Assembly: GCA_043228905.1 (NCBI GenBank)
Contig: JBHGNT010000016.1
Location: 10,478,001 to 10,542,000 of the forward strand
Length of the DNA: 64,000 bases
Direction of reading: 5' to 3'
Source of the DNA: Azolla caroliniana
Lineage: Eukaryota > Plantae > Polypodiophyta
Below the pieces are notes generated by a model, which worked only from the letters and a program-made list of their open reading frames with translations, had not been told where the DNA came from and made no database searches. Of the stretch, positions 1 to 12,401 are shown in pieces. How positions within the stretch are numbered: position 1 is the first letter of the stretch; every line of letters starts with the position of its first letter. The translations under genes were made by a program, and so were the position numbers.

Positions 1-297
1 CTTAACTCGATTGATTTCATCGAGTCCGGGTCCGGTGATGAATCATCAACATACAACAAGATGCATACCGGACCGTCCGAACCTTGCTGGATGCACAACG
101 AAGAGTTAGACTTGGAGGCGGAAAACCCCATCTTACGCAACTGGTGCGTGATCTTCGCATTCCAAGCTCGGGGGTCTTGTTTTAGGCCATAAAGTGACTT
201 CTTCAGCCGGCATACCGTCGACTTGTTCATCCCCGACTGGAAACCAGGGGGTTGGGTCATAAAGACCTCTTCTTCAAGATCGCCGTGAAGAAATGCA

Positions 298-1094
298 TGT
301 CGGGAACTCAAGGCTCCTTATGCACAACGCTTGGCCACAACCGAGCTTAGAATCATACACAGAAAACAGGAAACGGAAAACACGCGACACAAAGGAGAAG
401 AAAAAAAAAATGTACACAGGATGTTTACGTGGAAAACCCAAACTAAGGGAAAAACCACGGCAGCCCACAGGCTGCAAACTATCGCTATGTTAGAATGTAC
501 AACAGTGAGTTCACGGAGGCAACGACCTCGTGCTCACGATCCTCGCCACAGGCGGTGGTTACAACAGAGGCTACGACCTCTTCCTCTCTCTCTCTCAGTG
601 TACACTATTACGTGCTCTCTCTTCTTCTTGCACCAACAAGAAATGACAACAACAAAATTATAACTAAAAGTTTGCACTAAGTCATATTTATACTAATATG
701 ACTTTTCGGCTATTTACAAATATAGCCTCGATGGACTCTCAGAAACATATTTATGAATATGTCTCTTCATCCGATTCTCACCGGGTCTGCACCATCCGGC
801 TCTCCGTAGCCGGGTACTCCTCATCCGGATCTCACTAGGTCTGCACCATCCGGCTCTCCGTAGCCGGGTACTCCTCATCCGGTTCTCACCGGGTCTGCGT
901 CATCCGGCTCTCCGTAACCGGGTACTCCTCATCCGGTTCTCACCGGGTCTGCACCATCCGACTCTCCGTAGCTGGGTACTCCTCATCCGGTTCTCACCGG
1001 GTCTGCACCATCCGGCTCTCCGTAGCCGGGTACTCCTCATCCGATTCGGCACTGTTCTTCTCTCTTCCCATCCGGAGGGACCTGTCTCCCAACT
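298..1094. mobile_element. Solo LTR inserted in E1 RT
   Basis: 5-bp TSD ATGCA at 293-297 and 1095-1099. Termini TGTCGGGA...TCCCAACT. Removing it restores HQMDVKNAF-LHGDLEEEV. Confidence 0.85.
766..1045. repeat. Tandem repeat, 54-bp unit x ~5, CCGG-rich
   Basis: Unit GTCTGCACCATCCGGCTCTCCGTAGCCGGGTACTCCTCATCCGGTTCTCACCGG starts at 785, 839, 893, 947 and 1001. Confidence 0.95.
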
Positions 1095-4000
1095 ATGCAT
1101 TCTTCACGTCCATTTGGTGAAGATGCCACCCCCTTGCCACAACAACTGCTACGTCCACACGAACCGTCGTCATCTTCGCTGCTAGAGCAAAGGTCTCGTC
1201 GTAGTTGATTCTATGGGTCTGCGCATATCCCTTTGCCACTAACCGGGCCTTGTACCGGTTAACTGAACCGTCGGTGTTGTACTTTACCTTGTACACCCAC
1301 TTGCACCTGATCGGTTTACAGTGATGGGGAGGGTCAACTACGTCCCATGTATCGTTGGCATCAAGTGCCCACATCTCTTCCTCCATAGCGGCACGCCAAT
1401 TTGCATCCCTTTCCGCTTCTGCATAGCTCTTTGGCTCACGCACTTCTGCCACCTTGGTCATGTATGCATAGTGATGCGCCATGTACTCATTGTACCCGTA
1501 CCGCTTAATAGGTTCCTTCTGGTGGGTTGACAGACGTAACCCACCATGACTCGGTTTGAGGCCCTTCTTGGCCGGTTTGGTTTTTATTGCCGAAGATCCG
1601 CCTCCTCTTATACCGGAGTTAGATCCGCTCCGATCCGACTCATCATTACCGGTTTCATAATCCGGCATCTTCTTCTTCCCCTTTTCTTTGCGCGTGAACC
1701 GTCTCCTCGGTTCCTTGCGCGGGGAGAGTACGACAGAGTCTTCACTACTTGCCGGTTCCTTATCTAACGGTCGGATTGACCCAGTCTCTCGTTCGGCCCA
1801 CTTAACCGAAATGAGATCGAACTCTCTTCTAGAGTGCCGACATCCTCATCTTCTAATTGGATTGGTTCAGGCTCACTAGCCTCATCCTCCAGTATCGGGT
1901 CGGGGTCGGAAGTCGGAGCTGGTAAGGCATACCATGATGCCGTCTCATCAAACTCAACATCCCGGCTAACTTGGAACTGCTTCGTCCGGGGGTTGTAACA
2001 TTTACACCCCTTTTGCTCATGTGAGTAACCGACTAGGATGCATTTCTCCGACTTTGCATCCAACTTCCTCCGCTTCTCATCCGGTACATGCACATATGCA
2101 ATGCTACCGAATATCCGAAGGTGTCGCAAATTCGGCCTGCGCCTGAAATATAGCTCATGTGTGGACACCTTGTCACCGATCCGGTTTTGGATGTAGACAG
2201 TCGTCCGGACCGCCTCCGCCCAGTAGAAATGGGGCATGCTTTTCTCCTCCACCATCGCCCTTGCCGCGTCGATAAGCGACCGGTTCTTCCTCTCGGTTAC
2301 ACGGTTCTATTCCGGTGTCTATCTACAGTTGAACTCTCGCCGAATTCTTGTTTGTTGCAGATAACTATTGAATTGGCCGGGAAAATATTCTTTTCCGCCG
2401 TCTGACCGCAAGCACTTGATCTTCCTCTCCGATTCCCGCTCTACCATGCTCTGGAGGTTCCGAAAACAGTCAAAGACTTCGCTCTTCCACTCAATGAGGT
2501 AGATCCATGTGTTCCGATTGTAGTGGTCGATGAAGGAGACGAAATATCGACTCCCGCCAATGAGGTAGATCCATGTGTTCCGATTGTAGTCCCCATACAT
2601 CCGAATGAAAGGTTGAGCTTGTTATGGCTACGATTTCGTTCGGTGAGGAATGGAAGCCGGTGTTGCTTCCCGAGTTGGTAGGCTTTACATATTTGGGCCT
2701 TCTGGCCACTGAACTTCGGCAAACCGAAAACAACTTGTTTCGTTTGCAGGTCTTGAAGCCGCCGGTAATTGACGTGGCCGATCCGCTTGTGCCACAGGTC
2801 GATGTCCGATTCGACCTTCTGTCCTATGGCGAACAAAGCGGTGCCGACGTCATTGGTGTTGAGGATGAACATCCTCCTATCTCTGCACCCTTGCGCAATG
2901 ATTTGACCCTCTTCCTCGATGAAGCACCCGAGGTGCGTAAACCGCACCTGCATCCCCTGGTCAACGATTTGACCGACTGACACCGGGTTCTTTGTGATAG
3001 TCGGAACGTGTAATACGTTCATCAACTTCCCCCTCTGTCAGAAGTGGCTCAAAGTGACTTCTTCGACATGCACGATTGGGTGAGGAGTATCATCTCCGGT
3101 TTCGACAACTCCTGGTTGTTCCGGTTTCTCCAGGAAGGAGAACCACTCTTTATGGCTTGTCATGTGATTCGACGCACCGGAATAAACATACCATACTTCC
3201 TTTGATTTGGAAGTGGTCTTCTTCATCGAATTTGCCTCGTGCTTCATCACCAAGGTTGGCCCCTTACCGGTCTTCCTGCTTCCGAATCCTTTCGATCCTT
3301 GCACGTCGTGCGAGCTTTGCCAGTTTTCCGGACCGGTTTTGCTGGATCCAGATCTGTCTGAATCGACACTCTTCTTCCAGCACTCGCTTTCTCGGTGGCC
3401 CTTTTTACCACAGTACCAACATTCCATGGCGGATTTATCCTATCGGCCTTCGGTGCCGCCTTGACTCCCCTTGCTTGTGGAAGTCCCGGAACTGTCTGAA
3501 TTGACACTCTTCTTCCAGCACTCGCTTTCTCGGTGGCCCTTTTTACCATAGTACCAGCATTCCATGGTGGATTTATCCTGTCGGCCTCCGGTGCCGCCTT
3601 GACTCCCCCTGCTTGTGGAAGTCCCGGAACTGCTGTCTGCACGTTCTCTGTGCCTTCTTTCCTGCTCTTGCCGGCCACCTCCAGTGCGTGCCTACCCACC
3701 TCGTCCCCCACGCCCACGGGGCTTATCCGCCTCCGTGTATAGCATCCGGCTGTGCGATTGAGTGGTCCTGGACCCACTCGTGTGGTTTTCTTCGACCATT
3801 AGCATCGATTGCAAGTCGAAGAAGGTCGGTGGTTTCTCCCATGTGCAGATCGCTAACTGGATTGGCCCGCACCTTTGTGCTAGACCACCAAGGAAAATTT
3901 GTACCATTTCATCTTCGTCCACCGTCACGTTGATGGACCTGAGCGTGTCGCAAATCTCCTTTATTTTGGTGGTGTAGTCCATAATCGACATATCTCTTTG

Positions 4001-4348
4001 TCGGATGTTGTTCAGCTCTTGCTGGAGGTGCAACTTACAGGCTGTGGTACTTGCGGCGAAAATCTTACATAGATTTTCCCAGGCCTCCTTCGGCGTCTTT
4101 GCATCCCTGATGTAGCTGAGCATCTGGTCATGCACATAGGACGCGAGGCACTATAATACTTGGCTCGCTCCTTGCTCCCATACCGGGAAGTCCTTGTGTC
4201 CAGGCTCTGGTGCTACCTCATTCGTTCCTTCCATGAAACTCCAATACCCATGCCCCAGTAGGTACTGGTGCATTTTGTATGACCAGGACACGTAGTTGCT
4301 CCGGTCGAGCTTCTCTGTAGGAAGTGAACTCGCCATACCTCTGTCCAT
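1095..4348 (-). pseudogene. E1 copia gag-pol, fragmented by stops and frameshifts (RT continues at 1-297)
   Basis: ORF pieces 4151-4348 and 3692-4135 (gag), 3038-3427 (CCHC, protease), 2441-3025, 1764-2255 (integrase), 1093-1668 (RT start). Confidence 0.9.
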
Positions 4349-4438
4349 TTTTTTTTCCGTCTATTATTCTATTCTCACAACCTATAGGGTTTTATCTTGC
4401 GAAAGCAAATGTTAGTTGTAGAGGTCTTCAACCCTCGC

Positions 4439-4450
4439 GCTCTGATACCA
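4439..4450 (-). promoter_or_regulatory. Primer binding site, tRNA-iMet (E1)
   Basis: Reverse complement is TGGTATCAGAGC, directly after the LTR end at 4451. Confidence 0.9.
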
Positions 4451-4575
4451 TGAAAAAGATTATGTGCGGAAGCAATAGAAAACGAACACAAAAAACACGC
4501 AGGTTTAATGGAAAGCTTTACAGTATGCGGGAGAGATAGAGAAAGAGCAGAACAACTTAATTCTATTACAAAATA

Positions 4576-5089
4576 TGAAAAGAATGGCGTGCGGAAGCAA
4601 TATAGGAAACCGAACAACATAAAACGCAGGTTTAATGGAAAGCTTAGGTTTGCACAGTATGCACAAGAGAGACAGAGAGAGAGTGAACACAAGAACTTAA
4701 TTCAAAAATAATACTCTATCTGTACATAGGATGTGCTCAGTGAGCACTTTTATACAAGCCCTGACAATCGGGATGACACAAGTACTGGGAGTACTTCACT
4801 GCTCATAAGTGAGCCTCGGCACTCACTCCCAAAATTATTCCTTTATGAGGAATATCTCTCTAATGGCCTTTCGGTTTACGCACCGATACGGCCTCTCGTT
4901 ACGCATCGGTTTGCGTACCGATTTACGCATCCGTTTTACGCACCGATACGACCTCTCGTTACGCATCGGTTTGCGTACCGGTTTACGCATCCGTTTTACG
5001 CACCGGTCCGGCCTAGCCGATCGGTCCCAACCGATCCGGTCCTCGCCTTGCTCAGCCGATCCGGCTGATGTTGAGCTTGTCTCTCAACA
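4576..5089 (-). repeat. E2 3' LTR (514 bp), with internal 60-bp tandem duplication
   Basis: Matches 9975-10381. Carries extra TTTACGCACCGATACG...GCATCCG units at ~4873-5003. Confidence 0.9.
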
Positions 5090-5289
5090 CTCCCCCTCAA
5101 GCTCAACTTGAGGTTCTTTGGATCTTCCGGATCACCGCTCCGGTTCCTCCTGGCTCCACGCCTCGCTCGCACTCCTCGGTCTGTTCGACTCCGCGCGCTT
5201 CGACCCTTCCGGTCGGCTTGTCTGCTCCCATAGCCCTTCACAGCTCCCTTCTTGTCATGGTGTTGGCGCATCTCCTACTGCCTTCTTCT

Positions 5290-8200
5290 CCGCTTGGCCC
5301 TTGGTTGATTCAGTGTATCTGAATCAAACATCTGAATCGACTCAGCTACCTCCGATCGGTTTTCGCTCTCGTCCGAGTTGGCTGTCTCCAACTCGTCTTC
5401 GGTCTCCTCGCCCTTGACGGCATCATCTCCCCCATGCTTGGTTGACTTTGGCTCTTCCTTTCAGCTGCACCCGTTATGTCTGCTTCCGGAATCTTCTGCT
5501 GGTCCGCCCTCGGCTTCTTCAACCGATCCGAAATCGAATTCGTCATCCGACCCGACGTCATGGTCTTCTCTCCCCCTTCCATGGTCATTCGGGACATCTC
5601 TCCCCCTCAAGTTCGCCACGTCGAGGTGAAGGAACCCAAGCGCACCCGAGAATTGCCGCAACTTGTCTAGTCCAAAAGGCTTGGTGAAGATGTCGGCGGT
5701 TTGCCGATTCGTTGGAACATACTGAAGTTCGACTTCACCAGAGAGAACATGCTCACGGACAAAATGGTAGTGCACCTCAATGTGCTTAGTCCGGGCGTGG
5801 AAAACGGGTTTCTTGGTGAGTTGGATGTTGTTGAGGTTGTCACAGTAGATAGTCATTGGATCAGACACCTCCACCTACAGATCCTTAAGTAGCCGTTTCA
5901 ACCATATGGCTTCACATGTCGCGATAACCGCTCCTCTATACTCGGCTTTGGTGCTCGACAATGCAACTGTCGGCTGATTCTTGCTACTCCACGCGATCGC
6001 AGCACTCCCGAGAGAGAACGCGAAACCAGACGTGGATCGGCAATCAACGACGTTGCTGGCCCAGTCGGCATCGGTGTAGCCGACCAACTGCGGGGCTGTA
6101 TCGGACTGATATAGTAGCCCCCGGTCCTTAGTGTCACTGACGTACCGGAGTATGCGTTGTGCGCACTGAAGGTGTTCCTCGGTTGGTCGCACCATGAACT
6201 GACTAATCACCCTGACCGGGTAGCTGAGATCTGGTCGGGTGATGGTCAAGTGTATAAGGCTGCCGACTATCTGTCGGAACCTCGTCGGGTCGCATAACTT
6301 TCCGGAATTGGGGCGAAGCTTGATGGTTCTATCCAGAGTAGTCGAGACGGACTTTCAGTCGGCCATTCCGAATTTGAAGAGCATACTCAACACATAATGA
6401 CGTTGGCTGATCAATATGCCTTTGGGGATACAGATCACTTCGATCCCGAGGAAGTAATGAAGATCCCCCAAATCCTTCATGTTGAATGATGCTGCAAGCT
6501 GGAGCTTCATGCGATCGATTTCACCTAGGTCGGTGCCGGTGATGACCAAGTCATCAACATATAGTAAAATACTGACCGGACTGAGTCAACCTTTCCAGAT
6601 AAACAGGGAAGAGTCTGATTTTGATGTTGCAAAGCCCATCCGACGTAGTTGTTGCGTGATCTTCGCGTTCCAGCCACGCGGGGCTTGCTTTAGTCCGTAA
6701 AAGGACTTCTTCAATCAACATACTGCTGACGTGTTCGTTCCGGAGTGAAATCTAGGGGGTTGTACCATGTACACCTGTTCCTCAAGCTCAACTTGCAAGA
6801 ACACATTCTTTACATTCATCTGAGGTAAGTGCCACCCCTTTGCCTCAGCCACCGCGAGCAAAACACGGACAATCGTCATCTTCATGACCGACGCAAATGT
6901 CTCATCGTAGTTGATGCCCTGTTTCTGTACGTAGCCTTTTGCCACTAATCGGGCCTTGTATCGGTTGACCGAGCCGTCAGTGTTGTACTAGACTTTGTAC
7001 ACCGACCTACATCCGATCGGCTTCACACCCGTCGGTGCGTCAACCAGGTCCCAGGTCTCGTTTTCCACCAATGCGTGCATCTCTTCCTCCATCGCGGCGC
7101 GCCAATTCGCGTCCTTAGCCGCTTCTGCGTAGCTCTTCGGCTCACGCACTTCCGCTACACGGGTCATGTATGCATAATGATGCACCATGTACTCGTTGTA
7201 TCCGAACCGCACAACTGGGTTCTTCTGGCAGGTAGATCGGCGTAATCAGTCATTAGCCGATGTCGAGGTCTTCTCGGCCGACGCAGACTTCGCTCTTGAA
7301 GACCCATCACCACTTCCCTCGGAGTCGGAGTCGGACTCACGTTGGTCTGACTCGCTCCTATCCATGTCGGAATCTGACACCTTCTTCTTCCCTTTCTCTT
7401 TGCGCGTAAGCCATCTCCTCGGCTTCTTGCGTCGAGAATGCATGGCCGAGTCTCCACTACTCGCCGGCTCGTCATCGGACTAGTCGAACCGACTCAATCG
7501 TCCATTCGGTCCATTTAACCGAAACGAAATCAGACTCTCTTCGTGGGTCCCGATTTCAGGCTAATCTAGAGGCATCTCGGCCTCGCTGATCTCATCATCA
7601 GAACTCAGATTATAGGTGAGGTCCGGAGTCGGAGGCATGTACTAGGACGTGGACTCATCAAACACAACGTCGCGGCTCACGCACGCTAGTTTGGTGCGCG
7701 GGTTATAACTCTTATAACCCTTCTGCTCGTTCGAGTAACCGACCAAGATACATTTCTCGGCCTTTGCGCCTAGCTTCCTCCATTTCTTCTCAGGCACATG
7801 CACATACGCAATGCTACCGAAAACTCGTAAGTGTCGCAAGTTCGGCTTCATTCCGAAATATAGCTCATGCTCCGAAACTTTGTCTCCGATCCGGTTCTGG
7901 ATGTATACCGCGGTTCGTACTGCCTCGGCCCAATAGAACTTGGGCAAGCTCTTTTCTTCCAGCATTGCCTGTGCCGCATCCACAACCGACCGATTTTTGC
8001 TCTCGGCCACGCTGTTTTGCTCTGGCGTGTATCTTCAACTAAATTCGTGCTGAATTCCCATCTGTTGTAGATAACCGTTGAATTGATCGGAAAAGTATTC
8101 TTTTCCGCCATCCAACCGCAGGCACTTGATCTTTCTTCCTGTTTCCGTTTCCACGAACCCTTTGAGGTCCCGGGAACAATCGAAGACTTCGCTCTTCCTC

Positions 8201-9892
8201 TCAATGAGGTAGATCCACGTGTGCCGCGTGTAGTCATCGATGAAGGAGATGAAATATCGGCTCCCGCCAAGACTAACGTTTTGTGCCGGCCCCCACACAT
8301 TAGAGTGTATCAAGTCGAGCTTGTTCCAACTCTGGTTACACTCGTTGGGGAAGGGAAGTAAGTGTTGCTTCGCAAGCTGGCAGGCTTCACAAATTTGTGC
8401 CTTCCGGCCACTAAATTTAGGCAATCCGAACACCACTTGTTTCGATTGCAGGTCTTGAAGTCGTTGGTAGTTGATGTGGCCTATCCGTTTGTGCCATAAG
8501 TCGATGTCCGACTCGACTTTTTGTCCCTTCGCGAACATTGCGGTGCCACCATCAGTAGAGTCGAGGATGAACATCCTCCCATCTCTGCGCCCTTGCACAA
8601 TAACACGTCCTTCTTCCTCAATGAAGCACCCGATGTGTGTAAACCGAACCTGCATCCCCTGGTCGACGATCTACCCGACCGACTACAGATTCTTTGTGAT
8701 TGTCGGGACATGTAACAAGTTCATAGGTTTCCCTTGCTACTGGACATGGCTCAAGGGAACAACACCGATATTCGTGATCGGATGCGGAGTGTCGTCTCCG
8801 GTTGCGACTACTCCTGATTGCGTCGGTTTCTCAGGGTATTAGAACCACTCCTCGTGGCACGTCATGTGGTTTGACACGCCGGAGTCGACGTATCACACCT
8901 CCTCCGACTTCGGGGTGATCTTCTTCATTGAGTTTGCTTCGTGTCTCGTCATGAAGACTGATCCTTTTCCGGTTTCTCCGGATCCTTCGGCGTAGTGTGA
9001 TCGTTGCCAATTTCCTTTGTCGGTCTGTCTGGAACCTGTTCCGAACCCGGTTCTCTCCGAATCGGCACGCTTTTTCCAGCACTCGCTCTCCCTGTGGCCT
9101 TTCTTGCCATAGTACCGGCATTCCTTGCCGGTTCTCGTCGCCTCGACTCCCCTTGTGTCCGGAGGATCCGGAATTGTTGTCAGCATCACTTCGGTGCCTT
9201 CTTCCTTGATCCCGTCGGCCGCCTCCATTGTGTACCGACTTGCCTCATCCGCCACGACCACGGGGCCTATCTCCCTCCATGTACAACATCTTGTTGTCGG
9301 CATGCGTGCTTGTCGACGCACCCGTGTTGTTCTCCTCTATAAGGAGCATCGACTGTAAGTCGAAAAACAACAACGTATTTTCCCGTGTACTCACAACAGT
9401 TCGGAGCGCTCCAAACTTTGACGCCAAACCCCCGAGACAGACTTGGACCATCTCGCTTTCCTCGATGTTCACATCGATGGAAGCTAAGGAGTCGCATATG
9501 TCCTTGATCTTCGAGGTATCGTCAACCACCGAGAAATTGTGTTGTCATAGGTTGCTCAACTCTTGTCGGAGCTGAAGCTTCCTGGCTGTGGTGCTCGTGG
9601 CAAAGATCTTCTTCAGATTATCCCACGCACCCTTCGGCGTTTTTGCATCCTGAACGTAGCTTAATAGTTGTTCACCCACACAAGATGCGAAACAGTACAA
9701 CACTCTGTTCGCCGATTGCTCCCACGCCGGGAAGTCTTTGTGTGTCGAATCGGGTACTGTGTCATTTGCTGCATCGATATAGCTCCAGTAACCGTGTCCG
9801 AGCAGGTACTGATGCATCTTGTAGGACCAAGATGCGTAGTTGGTTTTGTCGAGCTTCTCTGTCGGAAGCGAGCTAGCCATTCCTCTGTCCAT
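5290..9892 (-). pseudogene. E2 copia gag-pol, fragmented
   Basis: gag 9545-9892, integrase 7642-8655, RT 6355-7212, RNase H 5461-6249 (YTDADWA, ARTKHIEVHYHF), followed by an acidic extension. Confidence 0.9.
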
Positions 9893-9974
9893 CAGTTTTC
9901 TTGTTCTTCTTCGTTGGTTTTTCCTTCAAGCAAAGTCGACTGTAGCGGTTCTCAACCCTCGCGCTCTGATCCCA

Positions 9975-10381
9975 TGAAAAGAATGGCGTGCGGAAGCAAT
10001 ATAGGAAACTGAACAACAGAAAATGCAGGTTTAATGGAAAGCTTAGGTTTGCACAATACGCACAAGAGAAACAGAGAGAGAGTGAACACAAGAACTTAAT
10101 TCAAAAATAATACTCTATCTGTACATAGGATGTGCTCAGTGAGCACTTTTACACAAGCCCTGACAATCGGGCTGACACAAGTACTGACAGTACTTGACTG
10201 CTCATAAGTGAGCCTCGACACTCACTCCCAAAATTATTCTTTTACGAGGAATATCTCTCTAACGGCCTTTCGGTTTACGCATCCATTTTACGCACCAGTC
10301 CCGCCTAGCCGATCGGTCCCAATCGATCTGGTCCTCGGCTTGCTTAGCCGATCCGGCCGATGTTGAGCTTGTCTCTCAACA
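9975..10381 (-). repeat. E2 5' LTR (407 bp)
   Basis: TG...CA termini, adjacent to the PBS, homologous to 4576-5089. Confidence 0.9.
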
Positions 10382-10689
10382 AAACAATAATAGTTTTCTA
10401 TACATGAAACGTGTTGAACATCACTATTTATACAAGTCCTGAGAGGACTGATAGAAGTATCGCGTACTTCAATGCTCACTCGAGCGTCTAGCACTGACTA
10501 TGAGACTATTAACTCCCTAGTAGTCTAGCTGCTACTAGGCTTCCGGTTATTGATGGATCCAGCTAACCGGCTCCCCAGCTCACCGACTCACTTGCTCACC
10601 GGGTCACCGATCCGGCTCATCCTTCTAGATGCCGATCCGGTTTAGGCTTATTCAGCCAATCCGGATCCGGTTGAGCTTGCCGCTCAACA
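10382..10689 (-). repeat. U3 part of E1 5' LTR
   Basis: Reverse complement starts TGTTGAGCGGCAAGCTCAACCGG, matching the E3 LTR start at 17221. Confidence 0.85.
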
Positions 10690-12398
10690 GAGGCCATGTC
10701 GGCAACGAAGGAGGAGTGCGGATCCGTCATAGAGGTCCGACGATTCTTTGGAGCATGTGCCTTTTACCACATATGGATCCCTCATTACACGCACGTCACC
10801 GAACCACTCTACAACTTGCTAAAAAAGAGCAGGAAATTCAAATGGACAAAGGAACATACCGAGTCTGTCCGGAGGCTAAAACGAACGCTCGCCGCGGCAC
10901 CAGCATTGCGCAAAGCAGAATACGCACCGGGATCCCCGGTCTAAATCATGGTGGACACCAGCCCAACCGGGATCGGATGGGTCGTAAATCAAGAGGATAA
11001 AGATGGCACACGTTTCCCTATCCGGTTCGGTGCGAAGGTATGGGGTATCGTTTCAGCGGTTAAGGTCAACAAAGATTATCTAATCGCGACAGCAGTGATT
11101 ATAGAAACGGATTGCCTACCAATTCTCGGTATGGTCTCGGAGAACGAGGATGACATGGTATCGGAGAACAAAGAAGTCGGCGCGGACTTCTTAGAATCGG
11201 CAAGGATGAGGATAAAAAGGAGAAGCGCTCCGCCCCTGAACGAGTTCGACGAAGACGACTATGATGGGAAGTGGCTTCTAATCGGAAGGTTTCTAAAAAC
11301 AATGACGGCGGACCCCATGATGACTAGGGAAGAGGTGGGACAGCTCTGAAAAAGGGCATACCGGTACTTCTTACGGAACGGGAAAATTTGGAGGGTCCCA
11401 AAAAGGCAAAACGACGGGCTGCTCCGGGTAATAGCACGGGCGGATGATCAAGAGAAGCTAATATCGGAGTTGCACGAAAACCCTTGGTCTGGTCACTAGG
11501 GTACATGGGCCACATTCGAGAAGTTAAAGGAGAAATACTGGTGGCCGGGTATATATAAGAGCATGCATGACTTCGTGTCCACGTGCGAAAGCTGCCAGAT
11601 GCACTTGGTGGTTCAACACTGCGACGAGCTGCACCCAACATACCCCCCAGTTGTGCACTTCAAATGGATGGTCGACTTAGTAACGATGCCGATAGGAGAG
11701 GGTCAAAAGCGATACCTAGTGCTGGCTAGAGAGGACCTAACGAACCAGGTAGAGGGCTGAGCACTAACTAACAAGACCGCGGTAATATGTAAGTTTCTGA
11801 TCGAAGATGTCATATACCGATACGGGTGTGTCGGAAAAATCGTGGCTGACCGAGGAGAGCTAGATGCGGAATATGCCAAAGAACTTTTCAATCGGCTAGG
11901 CGTAAAACTGTCCCTCACAATGTTGTACAACCCGGAGGCAAATGGAAAGATAAAGCGGGGCCACGGTCCGATCGTAAAGGCCATTGTACGCGCGTGCAAA
12001 GGGCAAGTCGGCTACTGGCCGTGGTTGCTCCCTTACGTGATATGGGCGGATCGGACTACCCACAGTTCGGTGACAGGGTACATGCCGGCGGAACTAATGT
12101 TTGGAAAGAAACCCATCATGCTGGGTAGAATGGACGATCGCCTCGTGGACGGCGATCGATTGGGCCAACGAAATGAGCAGAGAAGAATTTCTTGTTGCGC
12201 TTAGCATATCTGTTTGCGCCTATGTCTACGCACGTTGCTCTTACACCATCTCTCTCGTTTCGCTAATTTTTTCTGTTTAAACCACGGTCTCAGGGCTATC
12301 GTAAACCACAGACTCTTCCTCCTCACTTCTCGATTCCTTGGTTCAAGACCCCCGTGGTCTTGCCCAACTTCTACGCATCCGCGAGGATTTCCTCGACA
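10690..12398 (+). mobile_element. Ty3/gypsy remnant of the Trp-PBS family: RT-RNase H junction, integrase, and LTR 3' end
   Basis: EVRRFFGACAFYHIWIPHY (same as 63570-63620), HHCC zinc finger, integrase core HFKWMVDLVTMP...VADRGE...PEANGKIKRGH. Ends GGATTTCCTCGACA like the solo LTR 59138-59876. Confidence 0.8.
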
Positions 12399-12401
12399 AC
12401 G

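Larger units (their letters stand above)
4576..10381 (-). mobile_element. Full-length decayed Ty1/copia element E2 nested in the E1 5' LTR
   Basis: LTRs 9975-10381 (5') and 4576-5089 (3'). Mutated PBS (TGGGATCAGAGC) at 9963-9974. PPT at 5090-5100. Imperfect TSD AAATA (4571-4575) / AAACA (10382-10386). Confidence 0.9.
1..10689 (-). mobile_element. Ty1/copia element E1, 3' end beyond window start, interrupted by solo LTR 298-1094 and by copia E2 4576-10381
   Basis: Minus-strand gag (MDRGMASSLPTEKLDR), zinc knuckle, protease, GAG-pre-integrase, integrase and RT (KARLVAKG, HQMDVKNA) in copia order. PBS at 4439-4450. 5' LTR is split into 4451-4575 and ~10382-10689 and resembles the E3 LTR. Confidence 0.9.

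Noticed and set aside
766-1045. CRISPR-like array
   Set aside because: Contiguous tandem units with no unique spacers, no cas genes, and a eukaryotic LTR context.
4451-5089. Single LTR shared by two tandem copia elements
   Set aside because: 4576-5089 pairs with 9975-10381, the rest of the E1 LTR resumes at 10382-10689, and a near-TSD flanks E2, so this is a nested insertion.
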